A program made the translations under genes and the position numbers. Below, in pieces: positions 27,681-35,212 of a DNA stretch of 64,000 bases. The stretch is from IMG/VR virus record IMGVR_UViG_3300046660_000488, positions 186,001 to 250,000 of that record, one strand, 5' to 3'. Every line of letters begins with the position of its first letter. The first letter of the stretch is position 1. The notes beneath the pieces are model-generated. The model made no database searches and was not told the DNA's origin. It was given only the letters and a program-made list of their open reading frames with translations.

Positions 27681-27919
27681 GTTGCGACGTGCCGTATAAT
27701 AACGGCTTCCACTGTTCGAAATTTGCTTTTGTAATTCGGGTTAAATTTCAATCACTACTGTATCAAATACTGAGATTTTACGTCTATATTGACGTAGTTT
27801 ACATGCAATACTTGCGGATAACAGCACAGATCAACGTTGGGTACTCATTTGGTAAACGAGACGGGTTGACATGCTCGCGCCGCTGTGCTTGAACGGTGCT
27901 CGAACCGATTGGAAAGACG

Positions 27920-28252
27920 ATGCGAAAGCCAATTCCCTCCGAAGTCATCGGCGCCTGCCAGATGGAATTCGAAAAACGCGCAGCGTTCCGTTTCAAGGAC
28001 GGCGCGGTCTTGGCCGCTCTGATCGAGACCGATAGGTATCTGAAGAAAAAACTGATGACCTACGCCGGACCGGAGCCCCTGAGCGGCCTCGACACCTACG
28101 AGCGCCACTACCTGTTCGACGTGTTCGCCGCCAAATACATCGACGGGCTGGACCACTGGCCGATCAACAACGATGGTGAGGACAAAAGCATCGCGTTTCT
28201 GGCGGGCATCGAGAAACTGTCCAAGGAAGGCGTCATCGACGTCATCCCATGA
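27920..28252 (+). CDS. Hypothetical protein
   Basis: In-frame ATG at 27920 after GGAAAG; TTGACA at 27866; ATGA coupling to next gene. Confidence 0.65.
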   Translation: MRKPIPSEVIGACQMEFEKRAAFRFKDGAVLAALIETDRYLKKKLMTYAGPEPLSGLDTYERHYLFDVFAAKYIDGLDHWPINNDGEDKSIAFLAGIEKLSKEGVIDVIP

Positions 28253-29013
28253 ACCTGCCGCAGAAATTCGAAACGCGGCTGGTCTACCAGATCATGGCCT
28301 CCGACCTCGTGCCCGAGATTGTTGAGGCGACGAAACTGCCGATCAAGGACTTCACGCCGATCTACGACACGGTCTTGTACGGACAGCGCGCCATCACGTT
28401 CATGAACAATGGGGCGCCCTTCGTCTTCGAGATCGCCGAGAATGCGGACGGGTCACTGGATGTGATCCGAGAGCGACCGGTCTTCCCGTGGGAATACAAT
28501 CTGATGTCTCCCGCCTTCAATCGCTGGGTGGCGCGAAACACCGTTGAGTCTGGGGGCGCGTTCTGGCGGATCGTTCAAGGCTACATCCACCCGTCCGACA
28601 TCGAATTCAACCTGTACCACTACCGGACCGGCACACGGATCGACGATGACGACGGCCCTACGGAAAAGCTCGTGCGCTTCCGGCCGGTCGCCGCCCCGGA
28701 TTGCCCGCTGCATCTGCATTTTTCGCTGGTCGCTCCCCAGATCGTCAATCACACGGTCGTCACCACCTTCAACCTGACCGAGATCAAGGATTACGCCCCG
28801 GCGAACGAACCGAACGTCCGTGGAGTCGCCATCGGGTTGGGTCCGTCGAGGTCTCGATGCCTGAAAGCATTCACCGATTCTGGCTACATCCTGAACGAAA
28901 CCATCCCGCCGCCGACGTTCAACGACAGCGACCGGTTCAAAACGATCTACAATAGCAAGGGAAAAGCGCTCGTGCGGCGCCGCCTCACGGAACCTCAGAT
29001 TTCAGGCTCGTAG
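28249..29013 (+). CDS. Hypothetical protein (254 aa)
   Basis: Long ORF with phage codon bias. Confidence 0.7.
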   Translation: MNLPQKFETRLVYQIMASDLVPEIVEATKLPIKDFTPIYDTVLYGQRAITFMNNGAPFVFEIAENADGSLDVIRERPVFPWEYNLMSPAFNRWVARNTVESGGAFWRIVQGYIHPSDIEFNLYHYRTGTRIDDDDGPTEKLVRFRPVAAPDCPLHLHFSLVAPQIVNHTVVTTFNLTEIKDYAPANEPNVRGVAIGLGPSRSRCLKAFTDSGYILNETIPPPTFNDSDRFKTIYNSKGKALVRRRLTEPQISGS

Positions 29014-29693
29014 GTGTGAAAATTGCGGCGGATGCCCTGCACCGTCGCAGTTTCGGTTTTCACGTACTTGAAGCGCGTGTTGGGCATGATCAGGAATTCA
29101 AGTTCCTCGGGGTCGTGCGAGTACGGGGCCACGTAGAAACCGTTCTTGAACCCGGCAGGCAGGATGAAATGGAGGACGTGGTCCTCCGGCATCATGTCGG
29201 CCAGCAGGGCGTTGCGGGTGGCTTCCCACTCGTCGGTCTCATCGTCCCGGCGATAGTTGGTGGTCTTGACCGCCACCTTGATGCTCAGCGACGAACTGGT
29301 GAAAGCCGGGGTTGAGAGGACGCCGTCTTCCGTGATCTCGCGGGGATCGAACTCGCCCGTGCCGCTGTAGGTGTGGTGGACCTCGTTGAGCGCCACCCGG
29401 TTGTTCAGCATCAGCAGGGAATAGTACTGGGCGCGCATCGCGCCGTCCAACTGGCTCGGATCGCCACCAGCCTCGATCAACGCGGCGTTGATATCGGACC
29501 CGGCTGTGTAGAGCTTGGTCATGTGAAGCACAGACGCGGTGGTGATCTGGTATTGGGCCGCAAGCTGAGCATGCTCCGCCTCGAAACCCTTGAAATCGAG
29601 GTTGATGTTGGTCTCGATGCGACGCGAGTCATCGTTGCCTACCTCGCTCTGGTAGGAGTCCACGATGTCAATGGCGGCCCGAATCTGCAACAT
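28995..29693 (-). CDS. Putative ADP-ribosyltransferase (VIP2/Alt-like R-S-E fold)
   Basis: 'HTYSGT', 'PAFTSSSLS' (STS-like), 'VLHFILPAG..G.Y', 'EELEFLIMPNTRFK' (ExE). Start set at the ATG 7 nt after TAAATA. Confidence 0.75.
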   Translation of the reverse strand: MLQIRAAIDIVDSYQSEVGNDDSRRIETNINLDFKGFEAEHAQLAAQYQITTASVLHMTKLYTAGSDINAALIEAGGDPSQLDGAMRAQYYSLLMLNNRVALNEVHHTYSGTGEFDPREITEDGVLSTPAFTSSSLSIKVAVKTTNYRRDDETDEWEATRNALLADMMPEDHVLHFILPAGFKNGFYVAPYSHDPEELEFLIMPNTRFKYVKTETATVQGIRRNFHTYEPEI

Positions 29694-29700
29694 GCCCAAG

Positions 29701-29706
29701 TATTTA
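29701..29706 (-). promoter_or_regulatory. T4-like late promoter core TAAATA
   Basis: 7 nt before the ART ATG. Confidence 0.55.
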
Positions 29707-29773
29707 TGGCCGCAGGTGTTGACGGCCGGATGAGCTACCCGTACAAGTTGGGAAACCAAATGGGACGCGAGCG

Positions 29774-30250
29774 ATGAACCGCCGTCATTTTCTGGGCCTG
29801 CTCACAGCGGGCGCCGCAGCTTCAGCCGCAGACGTCGCATCGGCGACCGCCTTTGACCCGCGCTACGGGAAGCTTCTCCGCGCGCAGCGGGACATCATCC
29901 ACGCGAACAATCGCTGGAAGATCAGCCGGAATGTTGAGGATCGCCACACGGTCCGGCTTCTCTTCAATGACATGATGTTCTACGCCTTCGAGGCGTTCCC
30001 GAACATGGAAATGACCGGCGACGTCGCGGCGAAAATGCGTCCAGTCTGGGAAAACAAAATCAACACACTGAGTGAGGACGATCTTCGACAGTACGAAGAC
30101 CCTATCCTCGTGACCGCGCTGGCCCGCGCCGCCATTTCGCAGTGGTTCCTGCCGATAGACAACCTCGAAAAATTCGACGGCAGGCCCAACGCTCTGAGCG
30201 TCTTTGCTACTCGCTACCGTCCGTTCGTTCTGGCCGACGAGAACACCTAG
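29774..30250 (+). CDS. Hypothetical protein with twin-arginine (Tat)-like signal peptide
   Basis: N-terminus MNRRHFLGLLTAGAAASAADVASA: RRxFL motif, hydrophobic/Ala core, ASA cleavage-like site. Confidence 0.65.
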   Translation: MNRRHFLGLLTAGAAASAADVASATAFDPRYGKLLRAQRDIIHANNRWKISRNVEDRHTVRLLFNDMMFYAFEAFPNMEMTGDVAAKMRPVWENKINTLSEDDLRQYEDPILVTALARAAISQWFLPIDNLEKFDGRPNALSVFATRYRPFVLADENT

Positions 30251-30483
30251 TCGAGGAACGGTTCTTCGCCGTCCGCGATGCGGAGCCGGTCTTCCTCCAG
30301 CATCCCGTCTTCCGAGACCTGATAGTCGAGGTTCCCCTTCGGGACCTCGCCTTTCTGGAGCTTTCCTTCAACGTACCAGCGGCAGAACAGCCGGTCGTAC
30401 TGATCGACGAAGTCGATCTGGACCTCACCGGCCATGCCGGAATTCTTGGTCCACACCCATACCTGACCGGCGGCGAAGATCAT
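30247..30483 (-). CDS. Small hypothetical protein
   Basis: ATG after GGAGG RBS; last of a run of small minus-strand genes. Confidence 0.55.
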   Translation of the reverse strand: MIFAAGQVWVWTKNSGMAGEVQIDFVDQYDRLFCRWYVEGKLQKGEVPKGNLDYQVSEDGMLEEDRLRIADGEEPFLD

Positions 30484-30494
30484 CGGTCCTCCGA

Positions 30495-30749
30495 TCACTG
30501 ATAGGTGCAGACGACGCCGGGCGAGCCGACCGTGACGACTTCGTAGCGGCCGTTCCGATAGACCTTGCAGCCCTCGAATTCGGCGACGAGCGTGTAGCCC
30601 TTGGCGCGGTTGGCGCGGTAGATGGCCATTTGCTCGTTCTCGCGTTCAGCCATCAGGAACATCCCGTAGGCGGCGAGGCCGACGATGGCGGCGGCCACGT
30701 ACACGCGCTTCTTCAGACGCGACTTCGGTTGCGGGGTGGCGTCGGTCAA
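30495..30749 (-). CDS. Small membrane-anchored hypothetical protein
   Basis: Single TM 'VYVAAAIVGLAAYGMFLM' after a basic N-terminus. Confidence 0.6.
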   Translation of the reverse strand: MTDATPQPKSRLKKRVYVAAAIVGLAAYGMFLMAERENEQMAIYRANRAKGYTLVAEFEGCKVYRNGRYEVVTVGSPGVVCTYQ

Positions 30750-31045
30750 TTCGTTGCTCCTATGAAATTGCGGCGGATATAATCTGCGACCGGGCCGGGC
30801 ATGGCGACCAGAACGGCGCGGTCTTCAAGTTGATAGTCGCAGCCGGACAGGCCGCAGTCGCATTCGAAATGCTCTTGGGCGCTGACCTCGATCACCGGGA
30901 CCAGATGGCTCTTGCCCTGTGGATCGTAGACCTTGACCGGCTTTTCCATGCCGAAGGCCTTCCACCACCAGACGCCGCCGTCGATCACCAACTTGCGAAA
31001 GCCGGGGCGGGTCAGGGGTAGGCGGCGCGTACGCTTGCGTTCCAT
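30746..31045 (-). CDS. Small hypothetical protein (99 aa)
   Basis: GAGG RBS; 'CDCGLSGC' cysteine cluster. Confidence 0.6.
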   Translation of the reverse strand: MERKRTRRLPLTRPGFRKLVIDGGVWWWKAFGMEKPVKVYDPQGKSHLVPVIEVSAQEHFECDCGLSGCDYQLEDRAVLVAMPGPVADYIRRNFIGATN

Positions 31046-31113
31046 GGTGTCCTCAGTGTGCGGCGATGACGCAGATCGCGATGATCGCGCCGAAAATAGC
31101 GGGCCAGATTATA

Positions 31114-31662
31114 TCACGCACTGGGCGCGCTCGTCTTGCCAAGGGCCATGACCGGCATCAGGGCCACGACGTCGTACTCGAATTCGGCCGTGACCATCTT
31201 CAGGAGGGCTTCGCCTTCCTCGTAGGTCTCGACGCCAGCGGCGGCTTCCTGCACTGCTTTCTTGGCGGCTTCCAAGGCCGCGTCGGCGGCGGCCTGAGCC
31301 TTGGCCAGCATGTGGCGCGCCTTGGCCAAGCTGATGGTGGCGCTGTCAACCCAGCGGAACCGAACGTGCGGCAGGTCACGAGCGTCCATCTTGTGGGCGT
31401 CCCAGATGGCCGAAATGTCGAGGGCGGCGAAATCGCCGTTCTCCATCGACAGGTTGGTCACGTGGCTGGTGAACTGTTCGTGGCGCTCGTTGACGTCGCG
31501 CGCCCAGTCCAGAGCCGCATCCAGCCCGTCGAATTCGGTGAACTGAACCTTGGTCGAACCCTTGTCCGCGCCGGAATGGCAGAGCGTGATGATCGTGACT
31601 TCGGCCAAGGGGTTCTCCTCGTGAAAGTTGTATCGAAACCCTACATACCACATCCCCGGCAT
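31114..31662 (-). CDS. Hypothetical protein with C-terminal Ala-rich helix
   Basis: 182-aa ORF with phage codon bias. Confidence 0.65.
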   Translation of the reverse strand: MPGMWYVGFRYNFHEENPLAEVTIITLCHSGADKGSTKVQFTEFDGLDAALDWARDVNERHEQFTSHVTNLSMENGDFAALDISAIWDAHKMDARDLPHVRFRWVDSATISLAKARHMLAKAQAAADAALEAAKKAVQEAAAGVETYEEGEALLKMVTAEFEYDVVALMPVMALGKTSAPSA

Positions 31663-31755
31663 AATGCAAGCCCTATTCTTTGAACTGTGCTTGTTATGGA
31701 AGCACAGATGAAACGGGGACTTGCGCTAAATCGACTCTGCGGGAAATGACTCAAT

Positions 31756-31785
31756 TTGACACAACCTTAGATTCGATTCTATACA
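31756..31785 (+). promoter_or_regulatory. Sigma70-like promoter TTGACA-N18-TATACA
   Basis: Near-consensus -35/-10 pair with no protein gene for ~800 nt downstream. Confidence 0.55.
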
Positions 31786-31789
31786 GGGA

Positions 31790-32530
31790 CTCATATTCGT
31801 TCAGAGCATTATCATCTTCAGCGGCCATGCTCGTCGCGACAACTGGAAAAGGTGGGGCTCACACAGGGTGACCCACGCAGGGGCTGAACGGCCAAGGGAC
31901 GGACGCTCCACGCGGACTGAGCATTAAAGCGCGCGATGAAGGCAACGGCTTCCCACTGTAGACCCTACGGTCTACGACAAAGGCACTGAACAATGATGAG
32001 AGTCGTGTCTTGACCATTTGACACCTCTCTGCACATGGCGGTTCTTTCGACGCCGACCATGTGTGCTTGGCCCTCACGGGCCATAACCGTCTGACATATA
32101 ACGTTCACCAGCTACGCAAGGCAGTCCAATGAAAAGGCGTTCGACGCACATTGAGACAACATGCCCCAAAGGAGCACTCTTCAGGTGGAACAAGTCGGGA
32201 TTGGGTTGCTACAAGCAGGTCTAGGGAGACCGCCTGCTGCCGCTATAGACGCGGCTAAGTGACTACGAAAAGGCTATACGAACTCAGGGCGTTATGCTTC
32301 ACTCCTCCTCTCCGGTACACGTTTCAGTCCAGCACTTCAGACGCATTTTTGTGTCTGGATGCTTGTGACTGGCGTGGACACCGGAGAGGGGGAGAAAGAG
32401 ACCTTAAATCTAGGGCATATGGGATTTGAAAGTTTAAGGCCAAAAGGCCAGATTGAAAGCCCAAGCAGTGGGATGAACGGAGCGCAAGCGGAGTGATTCC
32501 CCTGCTTGCTCAGGGGGCAAATGCCCCCTG
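31790..32530 (+). ncRNA. Candidate large structured non-coding RNA (~740 nt), family unknown
   Basis: No credible ORF; at least 8 hairpins including a 93-nt irregular stem 32302-32394 whose G-U wobbles favour the + strand; ends in hairpin CAGGGGGC-AAAT-GCCCCCTG. Boundaries approximate. Confidence 0.6.
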
Positions 32531-32580
32531 AAGCCGAAAATCTGGTTGACGAAATCGGAAATTGTGCTACACAGTTCCTC

Positions 32581-32913
32581 ATGAAGCAGAACCCCTACGA
32601 CGTAGACACCAGCGACATCGTCATCGGCTATGCCGGTTACGAGGCGGGGTTCTATTGCTTTCGGGTCAAGCTCGCCGAAGCCGCAGGCATGGCGACCATC
32701 AAGCTTCAGATGGAAATCTCGTCGTGGGCCTTTGACGCCGTGAACGGCCGCTGGCATATGGGAAACGACTTTCCCTACAGCGATCATCCGCCCGTGAAAC
32801 TGACCAACCCCGGCAAGAACGACACCTTCATCATTTTCGAGCGCATGGCTGACGCCGTGGCGTTCGAGAACAAGTTTGAGGTCACCGGCATCACGCCGAA
32901 GATGCTGGTTTAA
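32581..32913 (+). CDS. Hypothetical protein
   Basis: ATG 32581 chosen because the upstream in-frame part carries a TTGACG promoter-like element and the RNA hairpin. Confidence 0.6.
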   Translation: MKQNPYDVDTSDIVIGYAGYEAGFYCFRVKLAEAAGMATIKLQMEISSWAFDAVNGRWHMGNDFPYSDHPPVKLTNPGKNDTFIIFERMADAVAFENKFEVTGITPKMLV

Positions 32914-32914
32914 G

Positions 32915-33448
32915 ATGACCGACATCATCGAGATCGACCGGGCCACTTTCGCCGACATGCGCGATTTCGCGCGGCTGGTCATGTGCTTTGGGAAGAAATC
33001 GAGGACCATCAACTTGATGGGCAACGCTCTCCAGTTGAGCCACGCGATCCTGTCGAAAGATTCCATGCGGATCACGATAGCCAACACCACCAAATACTGG
33101 TCGGCCGAGCTTTATCTGACCGTTCCGTACAATCTTCGCGTGCATCTCAAGCCCCCGAACATCAAGGACCATCGGGGTAAGATGCACCAAACGGTCTCAC
33201 TCGGCCTGAGCGGCGTCACTCGTCTGCCTCGATACTACGACGAATTGCACATCCTCAAGCACAACTGCGGCGAGGGGAGAAACACCCGAAACCAGCATGA
33301 CCCTGAGTATTTCGCATTCTGGCTTCTGAGGTTCGGTATTAGGGCCGTGGACAGCAAGTCTGGCTTCCGGGGAAGCAAAGATTCCTTCACCAGCGATTTG
33401 ATCGCCATGAAGATGACCTATCACGACCAGTATTCGGAACCGGGCTGA
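32915..33448 (+). CDS. Hypothetical protein, C-terminal motif family C
   Basis: Ends '...GSKDSFTSDLIAMKMTYH...'. Confidence 0.65.
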   Translation: MTDIIEIDRATFADMRDFARLVMCFGKKSRTINLMGNALQLSHAILSKDSMRITIANTTKYWSAELYLTVPYNLRVHLKPPNIKDHRGKMHQTVSLGLSGVTRLPRYYDELHILKHNCGEGRNTRNQHDPEYFAFWLLRFGIRAVDSKSGFRGSKDSFTSDLIAMKMTYHDQYSEPG

Positions 33449-34314
33449 TGACGATCAACAACCAGCACGAACCAACCTGCCATTTTACGGGCGAGAAACC
33501 GGTCCCCATGCCGGAGGACACGAGGGTTCGCGCTGAAGCGCTGGCCTTCATTCTGGCCGCCCGGTGGGACAGCACGCCTCGGATCATGGTCGCCTACATC
33601 CACGAACTGTGGACGGCCCACCATTACGGCCCTGTAAACGACTATACGGACGCCTCCCGCGCCGCTCGCAAGGACATGGCGGCCATCAGCCAAGATTTCG
33701 CCCAGATGTCCCGCGCCCGGCGCGCGGTGGTGGCCGAAATGCGGAAGTCCGAGTTGATCAAGGGCAAGTCGGTTCTCCGTGTCAACGAGCATGAGCACGA
33801 GAAACTGATGAATTTGGTGCGCGACTGCCGCAAGGTCGCCGTTCGGGATTTCAAGTACACCCCCATAGTCAAAGAGACGTACGAAGGCATGGGGTTCCGG
33901 TTCGACATCATCGCCAGCAATAATGGCAACCGCGTTTTCCAGCAGAGAAAGCAGCATTTCGAGTTCGTCTTCAGCTACAAGGACAACCCGGATCGCAACT
34001 CGACGCTGACATTCACGGTGGTCCCGCCCGACATCAAGGTGACGATTGTCGATCAGGCCAGCCACAATGACTGGATCGATTTCGACTATTTCCGTGACAA
34101 GGACTTCCACGATCACCCCGGCGCCAGAGAAGCCGAGATTCTGTTCAACAACCAAGTCTCCGGCACGCCTGTCGAGTACACCGCCCGCAACAACGCCGCC
34201 CGAACCCTGTGGCTGATGCGCTGGGGCGTGCCCGTTCGCGAGACCGTCACCTTCGACGGCAACCGGGAACGGTTCGAGCACGACATGGTCGCCCTGAAAC
34301 TGGCGGTCGGATGA
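33448..34314 (+). CDS. Hypothetical protein, C-terminal motif family C
   Basis: TGATG coupling; ends 'GNRERFEHDMVALKLAVG'. Confidence 0.7.
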   Translation: MTINNQHEPTCHFTGEKPVPMPEDTRVRAEALAFILAARWDSTPRIMVAYIHELWTAHHYGPVNDYTDASRAARKDMAAISQDFAQMSRARRAVVAEMRKSELIKGKSVLRVNEHEHEKLMNLVRDCRKVAVRDFKYTPIVKETYEGMGFRFDIIASNNGNRVFQQRKQHFEFVFSYKDNPDRNSTLTFTVVPPDIKVTIVDQASHNDWIDFDYFRDKDFHDHPGAREAEILFNNQVSGTPVEYTARNNAARTLWLMRWGVPVRETVTFDGNRERFEHDMVALKLAVG

Positions 34315-35144
34315 TGAGCCGAGAAGAACACCGATACTGGATGGGCGAACTCACTGTCGAGATCGACGAGAGCCTTCGCAACCGCATCGAGAGTGTCGGA
34401 TTCCTCTGGGCCTGCCAGAACGACGTCAACCCGGCCGCCGTCAACCGTCTCATCTATGACGAATACTACCGCTACCATTTCGGGAAGATGGAGAAGGCGA
34501 CGAAGGCTTGGAACCAGTTTCAGAACCAGTTCAAGAATTCGTCGCAGGCCACACACCGCCGTAGGCTCATCCGACACCTGATGCGCGAGAATGGCTGGAT
34601 CGGAGCGCCGGAAGATGCCCCGCCGGTCGAGGCCCACCGTGAGATCGTGCGGCAAATCCGCAAAATCATCAGCAAGGTGCTCTCCGACGAATTCAGCTTC
34701 CCCTATGTTGGAAACGGATTCCGGGTGGCACTGGACTGCATATGCCGTATGGGGATGACGGAGACCGTGGTGGTGATTGACCGGGAATCGTCGGACGAGG
34801 TGAACCGAATCGCGTTCGATCTACTGACGCCCGAAATGGCGATTGAACTGGTTGACCATGTCGATCAGCGCTATCTGAACAGCACCAAGGGTTGGATGCA
34901 CCGTGAGCAGAAGATCACGAATTTCCACGCTCTGCCGTCGTGGCAGGCGACGCGGGAAGTGGTCGAGAAATCGCAGTCTATCAAGCTGACCGGCTGTCGT
35001 ATCGGATTGGCTCTGAACGAAAACCTCACCGATTATTTCTGGCTGAACGCATTCGGCGACGTGGACCGGGCGTCTCTGAAGGTCGAGGGTGATCTTGACG
35101 CCCTGAAACGTGACCTGATGGTCTTAAAGATGGCCCAGTCCTGA
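34311..35144 (+). CDS. Hypothetical protein, C-terminal motif family C
   Basis: ATGA coupling; ends 'GDLDALKRDLMVLKMAQS'. Confidence 0.7.
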   Translation: MMSREEHRYWMGELTVEIDESLRNRIESVGFLWACQNDVNPAAVNRLIYDEYYRYHFGKMEKATKAWNQFQNQFKNSSQATHRRRLIRHLMRENGWIGAPEDAPPVEAHREIVRQIRKIISKVLSDEFSFPYVGNGFRVALDCICRMGMTETVVVIDRESSDEVNRIAFDLLTPEMAIELVDHVDQRYLNSTKGWMHREQKITNFHALPSWQATREVVEKSQSIKLTGCRIGLALNENLTDYFWLNAFGDVDRASLKVEGDLDALKRDLMVLKMAQS

Positions 35145-35212
35145 CGGGTGGTCGGTTGACTTTCAACCGGCGATCAGGCCTATAGAGATTTGGTTTCCCA
35201 AAAGGTATATCC

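Noticed and set aside
31790-32530. tmRNA, RNase P RNA, or group I/II intron identity for the structured region
   Set aside because: No tRNA-like T arm/CCA end, no RNase P GAGGAAAGTCC or AGAACCCGGCTTA P4 halves, no group II domain V, and it does not interrupt a gene; left as unknown ncRNA.
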